From a virus (taxonomy: Duplodnaviria; Caudoviricetes): a stretch of DNA of 35,759 nucleotides. The DNA is taken from the IMG/VR virus record IMGVR_UViG_3300012953_003199, positions 1-35,759 of that record; one strand, given 5' to 3'. A program made the translations under genes and the position numbers. Of the stretch, positions 12,601-24,600 are shown in pieces. Within the stretch, counting starts at the first letter, position 1. Each line of letters starts with the position of its first letter. The notes under the pieces are model-generated. The model made no database searches and had not been told where the DNA came from. It was given only the letters and a program-made list of their open reading frames with translations.

Positions 12601-15600
12601 CTTGATCCAACACTCATACCGTGACCACTACCAACTGTTAGAGTCATATCACCAGTATAAGCATCATAAGTTGCTGCAGAAGGAGTAAATGTAGCATTAG
12701 TTCCTGCAGGATTTACATTAACAGTTATTGTTCCATCTTGCCTCTTAACACCACCAGAAGTAGCAGATACAAATGTATGAGCAGTTATATTAGAAGAAAT
12801 ACCAACATTAACTTCAAATGTATCAGCAGTAATAGCAAAGATGTCTAACCATCTGTTAGAAGATGGATCAGTTACTCTTGGATAAGAATGGTTAGAACCA
12901 TTACTATCTTGAGCACAAGTAAATGTTACTGCGTTAGTATCAAACTTAACTCTATCACCAGCAACTAATCCGTGTGAAGCAGATGTAATTCTTAAAATAC
13001 CAGTTGTAGGTTCATAGTTAGCAGTTGAAGGTGTAAGACTTGTAGTACCAACAGAAGCAACAGGTATTGGTTTTGCAGAGAACTCATCAAAATTAGTACG
13101 AGGATATGTCTTATTAGACTGATTATTATCCATTGCACAAGTAAATGTCAATGAATTATCATCAATAGTGACACTATCATCATCTGTTATATCATGTTGT
13201 CCAATAGTTAATACTAAGTTTCCGTTAGCAGGATCATAAGTTGCAGCAGTTGGAGTATATGGTTGATCAACAGTATCAGCAAGTGACTTACCAATGTCAA
13301 CAGTAAATGTATTTGTTGTTGCCTTTCTTACTCTTAAAGCAGAGTTGTAAGCAGGATCTGTAATACGAGGATAAGCATGATCTGTTCTCTTACCATCAAT
13401 ATGACATCTGAAGGTTAATGAATCAGGAGCAAGTTTAATTGCTGTACCCATCTTATGAATACCATTTGATCTTGCAGATACAAATGTATGAGTATAGTCA
13501 CCACCAGTACTTACTACAGATCTGGTAATACATCCAGTAGTAGCAGATACAAATGCGTGAGTTGTAGTATTAGTTGGTGATGTTCCCTGTAGAACATTGA
13601 TAGTAAAGGTATTTGTCGTTACAGCAGTAATTGGAACAAATCTATTACTAATTGGGTCTGTAGATCTTGGATAAGCATGGTTTGTTGCATTGCTATCCTC
13701 AGCACATGTGAATGTTACTCCACCATCAGCAATCTTAATATGCTCCCCAACCTTAAATCCATGATCAGCAACAGTCAATACCATGTTACCAGTGGATGCT
13801 GTATATGAAACAGTTGATGGAGTGTAAGTATTGTTAGCATCAATGAATGTATGATCGTAGTTACCACCAGCAATCAGACCACCAGAAAGAGCAGAAACAA
13901 ATGCGTGAGTAGTAGTGTTGGAAGAAGTATTAACATTCAAAGTAATAGTTCCATCCTGAACCTTAATACCGTTAGATGTGGCACTTACATAAGTGTGTGC
14001 AAAGTCACCAAATCCAGTAATACCGACATTAACATCGAATGTGTTAGTTGCTGAAGCAACAATAGGAGTCCATTCGTTAGCAACTGGGTCAGTAGCACGA
14101 GGATAAGTATGGTTTGTTGCGTTGTTATCTCTTGTACAAGTAAAGGTTAATGAATCAGCGTCAAATTTAACTTGACTATTTGCCTTCAATACACCATTAG
14201 TTGTAGCAGATATGAATACATGAGTAGATTGATCATTTGCAATACCGATATTAACATCAAATGTATTTGTAGTTACATTACCAATAGTCAACCACTTGAG
14301 GTATGAAGGATCAGTAGCACGAGGATATGAATGTTGTGATTCATGATTATCCTTATTACAACTGAATGTTAAAGCACCTTCAGTAATTAAAATTCTGTCA
14401 CCATTAGTATATCCATGACTTGATTTTGTCAAAGTCAACATACCAGTTGCAGGAACATATGCAGCAGCAGTAGGTGTAATCTGTGAAGCAGCAGTCAATC
14501 CATGACCGTTACTTGTGATTTGTAGAACACCAGTGGTAGGAGCATAGGTAGCACCTGTAGCAGTCTTATTAGAAGTACCTACAGCAGCAATTGAAATTGG
14601 AGCATCATATGCTCTATCTCTCTTCTGCTTAATGCAGTTAGTAACAGCAGATACAAATACATGAGTAGAAGTATTAGTAGAAGGTATATTCTGTAATACC
14701 TGTACTGTAAATGTGTTTGTAGTTACAGCAGAGACTTTCAACCATTTACCGCTAACTGGATCAGTTGATCTTGGGTAAGTATGGTTAGTCTGATTATTAT
14801 CTAACTGACATGTAAATGTGAGTGAATTATCATCTAACTTAATCCAATCACCAACTCTAACACCATGAGAGTTAACTGTGAATACTAAAAGACCTGTTGT
14901 GCCACTATATGTCGCAGTAGATGGTGTGAACTCATCTATAAATGGTCTTGGATAAGAGTGGTTAGATGCATTACTATCTTCAGCACATGTAAATGTTAAT
15001 GCTCTATCAGCAAGTCTAACAGTCTGACCAACTTGTAAATTATGTGAACCCAGTGTTAATACTAAGTTACCATTTGAAGGATCAAATGTCGCATTGGACA
15101 TATCATGCTTCTCAGTAGGTGACTTACCTACATCAATTGAAATAGATCCATCTTGCTTAACAATACCACCTGGATATGCAGACTTAAATGTATGAGCAGA
15201 TTTATCTGGAGATATACCAACATTAACAGTAAATGTCTTATCAGTCTTAGAATCAATTCTTAACCATCTTCTATAGAATGGATCAGTTGATCTTGGATAT
15301 GAATGCTCAGTCTCATCATTATCTTTAGCACATGTAAATGTTAGAGACTTCTCAGCAATTCTGATCTTATCACCAACAGAGTAACCGTGCTTATCAGATA
15401 GAACACTGTTATTTCTTGCACTTACGAATGTATGAGCATAATCACCACCAGTTGTTACAACTGCTCTTGTAACGCAGTTGGCAGCAGCAGAAACGAAACT
15501 ATGAGTTGTAGTATTTGTTGAAGGTACTACATCAAGAACTTGGATAGTGAATGTATTTGTAGTTACTGATTGTATATCAATAAACTTACTGCTAATTGGG

Positions 15601-18600
15601 TCAGTAATTCTTGGATAAGTGTGATTAGTAGCATTGTTATCCTTACCACAAGTGAATGTTAATGAATTATCAGCAATCTTAATCTTCTGTCCTGCTAACA
15701 TTCCATGACCAGCAACTGTAAATGCTAATAAACCGTTTGTTGGGTTGTAAGTAACAGAAGTTGGAGTTAAAGTACCTGCTTTAGCAACAAAAGTATGAGT
15801 ACCAGCAGTTGCATCGTTAGCAGGACCAACATTAACAGTAATTGATGTTGAAGTTACAGCAGTAATTGTCGTCGCAGCATCATATACAGGGTCAGTTACT
15901 CTTGGATATTTGTGCTCAGTAGCATTACTATCCTTAGTACATGTGAATGTTAAAGACTCAGGTTCAAATCTAACAGATGTACCAACGGTCAAATTATGAG
16001 CACCGATAGTCATCACCATATCACCTGAAGTAGGAGTATAAGTGACTGCTGTTGGATTGAATGATACTAAAGGTGAAGCACCAACATTAACATCGAAGGT
16101 GTTAGTTGTTACATTTGCAATGTTTATAAAATCACCACTTAGAGGATCAGATGATCTTGGATAAGGATGAAGAGTAGCATTATCATCCATATCACAAGTA
16201 AATGTGATTGCACCATCTTCAATCTTAACCTTATCACCAAGTACCATTCCATGATTAGGAATAGTTAATGTTAATACACCTGATTTTGCAACATATGAAG
16301 CAAGTGTAGGTGTAAGATTAGTACCAGAAGTAATTGTTAAAGCACCTGTAGAAGGAGTATAACTTGCATTAGTTGCTGTACTATGAACACCGTCACTTAC
16401 AATAGGAACAGAATCATTGTAAATTGGATCTGTTGTTCTTGGATAAGTCTTATACTCTGTAGTACCACCCATAGCACACAAATACTTCAGAGAGTTATTT
16501 GCAATCTTGATGTTGGTTCCTACTTCTAAACTATGATCTCCAATACCTAACTTTAACCAACCAGTTTCAGGGTCGTAAGTAGATGATGTTGGAGTGAAAC
16601 TCTTGATTGGTGATACACCAACGTTAACATTGAATGTGTTAGTTGTTACACCAGATACTGCTAAGTATCCAGAACTTGCTTCGTCGGATATTCTGGGATA
16701 GGTATGTTCAGACCTATCTTGGTCCATACTACACGTAAAAGTGAGTGAGTTATCGACAAGTTTGATTCTATCGCCATTTGAAAGTCCATGACTATTACTC
16801 GTAACAGTAAGTACACCAGTATTCGCTACGTATGCTGCATTAGATGCTGTAAGAGACGTTGCACCTACAATACCATGAGAAGACTTGGTTAAGGTTAATT
16901 CTCCTGTTGCAGCGTCATATACTGCATCTGTAGGAGTAAGTTGTGTGAATGAAGTTGTTGTGGAATCAGTAATAGTTGTATCAGTTACCTGAGTTAAACC
17001 ATGATCACCTTGAACTTCCCAAAGAGTATTGGTTCCAATATACTGAACCATTTCTTGAGTTTTCTGGAATGCCCAGATACTCTCGGTAACTTCATTCTTA
17101 ATTTCTTTTAATGAAATAGGAGTAGTAGTTCTATCAACATAGAATGCAGAAGCATCCCAGATATTACTATTACTACCATTGCGGATGTCACTTACAACAC
17201 TCTTCAATACATCAACAATATCATCAGCACAGTTAACAGATCCACCCTTAACAGTGAAGTTAGGGAATCTCTTCTTCATCAAATATACAACTTCTTGAGA
17301 AATGAAGTCTAAGTTAGATAATACTAAATCTCCAGCATTGATATATCTCTGAGTATTCTTATTAAATCCGTTATTGGCAATACCAACATTAACAGTAAGT
17401 GTTGTGCCTGAGACTGCAGTGATAGCAAGGGTTGTATCGTATGCAGGGTCAGTTAATCTTGGATATGTATGAGAGGTTTGATGATTGTCCTTAGCACAAG
17501 TAAAGGATAACTTGTTAGCACCGATCTTCAAAGTATCACTGGTTGTGAAACTATGAGAACCAATAGTTAATACCAAGTCTCCTGTATTAGGATCATAGGT
17601 AGCATCAGTTACATCTTTCTGTACACTATTAGCAGTTATGGTAATAGCATTAGTTGAAGTACTACCATTATAGATGTGCTTACCAGCAACATCTCTTACA
17701 GTTGCCAGAATAGCATCATTATTAAAGAATTCACCTTGAGTAAATCCTTCAACACCAGACCAGTCATCAATATAATTTACACCATCATTACCATCACAGT
17801 GAAGTAATAGTTTTGTATTAGCATCACCTTGGAATATACCAGCAACAGGAGTAAATGCACCAGTATAACGGTTAGTTGTAGAAACTCTTACCTCATCAAC
17901 ATGTCCAACAAATCCATTAGCACCATTCCAATCAGCACCAATTCTTATTGGTTTAGCAACATAAGTTGTACTGTCAGTACCAGTTCCAGCTTCAACACCA
18001 TTAATATAGATCTTACCAGTTGTACTTGACTTAACATATGCAATATGAGTCCATGTATTAGCAGAAATTGTTGTTGCACCTGAAGTTACAAGGTCAGAGT
18101 TGTTAACATTTACACGAACTTGACCTGCCTCTAAGTATAATCTAAATGCAACTTCATTAGCACTACTTGCTCTTGTATCAAATATATCAGCAGTACCACT
18201 TACTGAAGCAGTAGCAGGACGGATATACATTTCAACAGTAAATGCACCAGATCCAAATGCTATTTCATCAGTAGATGCATTAACAATATAATCAGCAGCA
18301 GCAAATTCTAAAGATGCTGTTCCAAACTTCTTCTGTGCAGTATCGATAGCAGCAGCATTTTCAAAAGTAAAATCATAATAATCTGCACCACTTGCTTGAC
18401 ATCTACCAATCTTACCAAGATATACAATATTACGTGCTTGGTTAAATCCAATAACCTCAGCTTTAGTATCTCTAGTTCTAATTACTTGTCCAGTATTAAA
18501 GAATCCTGTACCAAGACTATCAGTGAAACTTAGTTTTCTAACTCTTCCATCTTCTCCAGCAATGAAATCACCATTACTATTACCATATTCAATCTTATAG

Positions 18601-21600
18601 TTACGAATATTCTCATTTTCTGCAAGAGTTCCTACTGCATTATCATAAGGAATCGTATAGTTATTGATACGCTCATTAGCAGGGAAACTTGAGTCAAAGG
18701 CAGTAGAGTTATCAGTAAAGTTAACAACACTGATTTGTGACTTAGAAATATCGTCTAATACAACGTTTGGATAAGTCTGAGAAGTAATTCTGTTGAATAG
18801 TAAACCAAAGAACGATGAACCTTCAGATATATTGACCTGACCAATAAATTCTTGAGTTGTAGGATCTTGATATGCTGCAGTTGCAGTAACTGTAGCAACA
18901 ACACCAGATGATGCACCAAGAATAACATCATTCAATTGGATATCAAATAAACCAGGAGTTGACTTATAAGTACCAGCAGTCTTACTTAGGGTTAATGTAT
19001 TAGTAACGCTAATGTCTGTACCGTAAATTGGAGTATTCTCTTGTACAGATTGAGCAGTCGTACCTAATTGTGCTCTTGTTACTGCAAGAGTTGTAGATGA
19101 AGATCCATCAGTAATAGTATCAACTCTGAATATTTCAGAACCAAACTGATAGTTCTTAGTAGCAGTGAATGTACCAGCAGGAACTGGACCAGCAGCACCA
19201 GATGTAGGTACTACTTCAAATGATACTGTAGAAAGACCGATTGTATAACGAACCTTAGCAAGAGGAGTTTCAGCACCAGATTCAAGGTTAATTTGCTCAA
19301 CTTTTGCAGTGTCTCCAGTTAAATTGGTTACTTGCTCACCAAATGTGAATAAACCAATGTTAGATACTGCAGTATTAGTTGCTAAGTTAGCATTGAATCC
19401 TGTAGCAGAAACATTACATAATTCACCAATAATAAAGGTTCCTTCATTAATATAACCATTGATTGTAGTACCAACAACTGTTGTTACAGTTAACTTTGCA
19501 CCAGATGATATACCAGTTAATATATTACCTAATGATGGGTAAATACCACTCTGGTTAGTAAAGGTAAATGCAACTGTAGACTTCTGGGAAATCGATATAT
19601 TTGCATACTTAACACTTGCTGGAGGTTGTGGTGGTTCAGAGAATACAATAGAGACTTGCTGAATACTAAATGCAGTCTTAGGATTCTGTACAACACCATT
19701 CAATACAATCATCAACTGGTTTGCGTTTGCAACAACGTTAGAACCATCAACAGTTAGAGGGAATGATATTCTTTCTCCATCGAATAATGTAGAAATATCA
19801 TCAACACGTTGTACAACAGAAGTAAGAATATCCTCAGAAGATGTTAGTCTCTTCTGTCTGAATAATACCTCAGTATTGTTAAAGTCAGAGTAGATTGGTT
19901 CAACAAGAGCAAAGTTCTGAATATTAGGAACAATTGATTCTTGAGCAAGTTCAACAGACTTAGTTAACTGGAAGAATGTCTCTTTGTTAGGAACAAATCC
20001 ATACTCATTAAGGTTTAATTCACCAAATACCTTAAATGATGCAGGGTGAACGTTCTTGATAAGGATCTCCTTCCAATCGCTGATAGAAACAGCAGATTTA
20101 ACAGCATAGGAGAAGTCCTGATAATAATAAGAGTCTTGAATCTTTTGAATAATTTCGGAAGGTTTACCAACATCATCGATAAACTGACCTGTTGTTTTGG
20201 TTATAGAACCAATTTCAAGAACACCTTTAGCAATCTTCAGATCACTGATAGTACCTGAAGACTTAGAAATAACACCAGTAACTTTTTCATTTTCAGCAAA
20301 TGACCCAGTATAATCAACAATCTTAATAATACGAGGACCAACCTGCCAACCAGAGTTTGTAGATACATATCCACTTGCTGTAGCAGTTTCAAAGGTATCT
20401 CCTTGGTATATTAATTCTCCTTCTAAGAAGGTAGAAGTGATAACATTAGCAGTAGCACCACCACCGAATGATTCAGTTAACACACTCTGACGACCTTCAC
20501 CAGCGTTAACGAAGGAAAGAGCATCACCAAGAGCAGCGTTAGAAGCAGTAATAGCAAGTTTTAACTGATCACCTTCTAATGAGTTTGCAGCACCAGCAAT
20601 AGCATAGTAAGTAGTAGAAGCATTTAATCTACCAGTTGCACCAGCAGCAAGAGGGAAATCAGCACCATCTCCAGTATCAGTTACTGTAACTGTTACGGCA
20701 GCACCATTTGTAATACCATGAGGATAAGCAAACTGTAGTAATCCTAAGTCAAGGTTAACAACATAGTTGAATGATGACTTAAGACTAATAGTTGGTGTAG
20801 ATGAATATCCAGCACCAGGATCCTTAACAATAATTGTGTCAAGACGACCATTCTTAATGAATGCTTCAGCAACAGCACCAGTTCCACCACCACCTGTAAT
20901 TACAACAGCAGGAGGTAAAGAATATCCAGAACCTGGGTCGGTAACTGTAATGCTTGAAAGTATACTTGTAGATGTTAACTGGGCGTTAATCGGGAAGGTA
21001 ATCTCAGGACGTAAAGTATAGTCATGAGGATAATCATATCCAAAGTTATTATTCTTAAGTTTTTTGATTTTTCCGACATTTGTACCTTTAGTAAAGATAG
21101 ATGCACCTGAACCAGCAGAAGGAATAACAACTACAAGTTCAGCACCAGATCCAGTTAAACCAGATCCAAGAATACCAGAAATAGAGTTAATATCAATAGA
21201 TGCAGTAGTATATCCTTTACCTGGATCAATAACTTCAACTTTCTGTATCTGACCTGGAATAGTAGTACCTTCATCATCAGTACCATTATCAACAGTAATA
21301 GAAACTAATCCACCTTCTCCATCACCAGCAATAGGAACATTATTGTATTCTCCAACAGCATATTCAGTACCTGGAGCATTAATTTGAATTCTTTCAATCT
21401 TTCTTGTCGATACAATACCTGTAATAACTGGTAACTTAGTATAGAATCCACCAGAGTTAACAATACGGATATTATTAATAGAACCAACAGCTTTTAGTGA
21501 ACTTGTACTATAAGTTGTCCTACTTACATCTGCAGCACCTTCTGGCTCATTAAGTAGAGGGAATTTGAATATATCAGGTCCAGTAGTAATAGTTTGACCA

Positions 21601-24600
21601 GCAGTAGAACTAATCTGGAATGTACCCTTATATGGAGAATCTACAACATCTAAGTAACTACCAGGAATTACAGGAGAAGTATCTCCAGTTCTTGATGGGT
21701 CAAAGTAATATGAAATATTTGTAACAACACTCTCATCAACTTTCAATTTAACTGTAGGTGTAGGTTGTCCTTGACCAGTTACACCAGGAGTACCAATTCT
21801 TTCAATAGAGTTGAATGAATATTCCAACTTATAAAGGTTATCCTTAGCAAATGATAGGTTACCCCCAACCAATGAAGAGTGACTTAGGTCAAACAGATAC
21901 TGGTGACCATAATACATCTTCAACACAGGAGACTTAACAAATATGTTAACATTACCAGGAGTGGTAGTCTCAGGATCACTTATTGCTGCTGATGGTAATT
22001 TGTAAGTAAATTCAAGTGAACTTACAACAGTATCAACAGGGAATGCACCATCATACTCATCATATACAACACCACCAACAGTACGTGATGGGTTACCATC
22101 AACATAAAGCATTTGTGCTGCTTCAAGGTAATGCTTAGTAGCAGTAATTACATAAACTTCATCACTATTAGCAACCGCAGTTACCTGAAGAATCTTAATA
22201 AGATTTGCAACTAAAGTGATCTTCAGAACACCAGTTAAATTAACGATTGTTGCTTGAGAATAATCAGAATTATAAGAAATATCGCCTGAATTAATTGTAA
22301 CAACAGATCCGACAATATATGGTGAACTACCAGAGACTTCATCAATTCTTATTGAATAATCTGCATCACTATATGGTTTGAATGTTGCAAATGTGTGTAG
22401 ATTATTAGCTCCACCAACTTCTAAAGGATAACTTGAAAGAGGAATGATAAAGGTTCCAGGAGTTTGATTAACAACCTGTGCAAAGGTATATCCTATTATC
22501 TCATTAATATCATTAGGAATTGGTCCAACAATGTTATAAGTAGACTGCTCACTAAACTGAACTGTACTTAATTGACCAGTATTAAGATCATCTGACCAAA
22601 GGTTATTATTAACAGCAACGTATATCTTATTATTATCATTATCAACTCTAATGATATAACCGCTATTTTTGAATGTAGATCCTGTATAAAGTTGTAATTT
22701 AGCACCAACTGTGAAATTAAATGCCTGATTAATAGTAAGAATCTGAATATTATCAATCTTAACAGTATCAGTAACTTTAAAGTAATATCTGTCTTTAACT
22801 ACAGCAGATACTTTAAGTTTCTGTGAACCTGGAGAAGGAACAGTAGCAGTTCTTGAACCCCAAATATCCTGAGTATAAGTTAGATTCTCAGTATCCTGAG
22901 ACATCGTAGTAGTTGTATCATCAAAGTCAAGAGTCTGTAAACCAGCATCACCTAAACTATATCCAGTAGCAGAAACAGTTATTGCAGAACCAGTAACAGG
23001 AGTTACAGCAGTTCTAACAAATCCTACCTTAGTATTAGTTCTCTCACTATAAGTTCCGATTCTTCCAGATTCAGCATTCTTATCAACTTTAATACCCCAA
23101 CCAACATAATCAATATTATCATATTGATTCAGATAATTAGTAAACCATGCATCATCTACCCAGTCAAATGTCTGACTATAACTTGCAGTTGGTGGTAATG
23201 TTACAACGTCAGTAGGAACTGTAGGAGTTACAAATCTATTTCTTAGTCTAATATTATCAACATAGAACTGTCCTTGCTTAGACTGAGCAAAGTCAGTAGC
23301 ACCACTACCAAAACCAACTTGGTTACCGATATATAGATTCTTATTACCAAGAGAAGTACCTGATAATGTACCAGTAATTACTGCAATACCATTAATATAT
23401 GCTTTAAATTCATTACCATTCTTAGTCAATGCTACAAACTGCCAAGAATTGTCAGCATACATGTTTGTTTGAGATGATGACTGACCAGAACCGTTTATAA
23501 GTTGTGTTGTACTATTAGTAATGACTAATTGCAATTCTCCACTGCTATTATCATATCCTAACCATAGACCACCAGTAGCATCTCTTGCACCACCAATACC
23601 ACATAGAGTTTGAGCAGTTTGAGATAAAGTTTGTGATTCAGTAGCATTCTTGTAGACCATGAACTCTAAAGTCCAATCTCCAGCAAGTTTAGTTCCTAAT
23701 GTAGCACTTGGAAGACTTAAGTAAGAATTAACCCAAGTAGCATTAGAACCTGCAGGATTGTAACCATAGATCTTAGCAAGGTTACCTGTATAGGTTATTG
23801 CATTAGTAGCACCAACGGATGTCAGAGTATAATGACCTGTTCTATCAACTTGCTCATTATTAGCAAAATCAAATATACACTCGTTTCTATTCCACTGAGT
23901 TTGACCAAATACATGAACATCACCTGATTCATCAACATCAAGTGCAAGTGCAGTTACACCTTCAATATTGTTTAAATTGAAGTTATTAGTTGTATGATTC
24001 TTGATCTTACCGTCATAACCAATCTTAACTGTATCTACAGTTGTCTGAGTAGTTACATTATCTTTTCTTGTAAATGCTATGTTTAGATCACCAAATAAAT
24101 CAATTTCAGATGAATCTACTACATGAACTTCTCTACCTGGAGCAAGATAACGATAATTCCAGATTAAAGCACCATCAGTAGAATTAACTTTACCAACCCA
24201 GAAACTATCTATAGTTGTATCATCACTCTTCATTCTGCAAGAAGCAGTAAGATAAATTTCCTTAAATTCATCAATACAGAGAGTAGAATCTAAGAATGAG
24301 TATGTTGCATTACTATACTCTTTAATCCATGCAATTTCAATAACACTTGTACCAATAGTTGCTTTACCTACACACTGATTGATATCCTGAGAACTGCTTG
24401 TTGATGATACTTCCATTGTGAAGTATAGATCAGTACCATCAATAATCAAATCAGTAATTTTTTCATTAGCAGTTGCTGAAGCTAACTTTCTCTTAACTGA
24501 GAAATTACCAGTAGTATCAATAGTAGCAATGAATGCATCATAAGGTGCAGCAGAGTTAGTATTAGTGTAACCACCAATAACATAACGACTATCTGAATAT

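Noticed and set aside
11330-16945. Repeats as a CRISPR array or DGR template/variable repeat
   Set aside because: The repeats are in-frame coding units with irregular spacing. There is no cas or reverse transcriptase gene, and no adenine-specific mismatch pattern was noticed.
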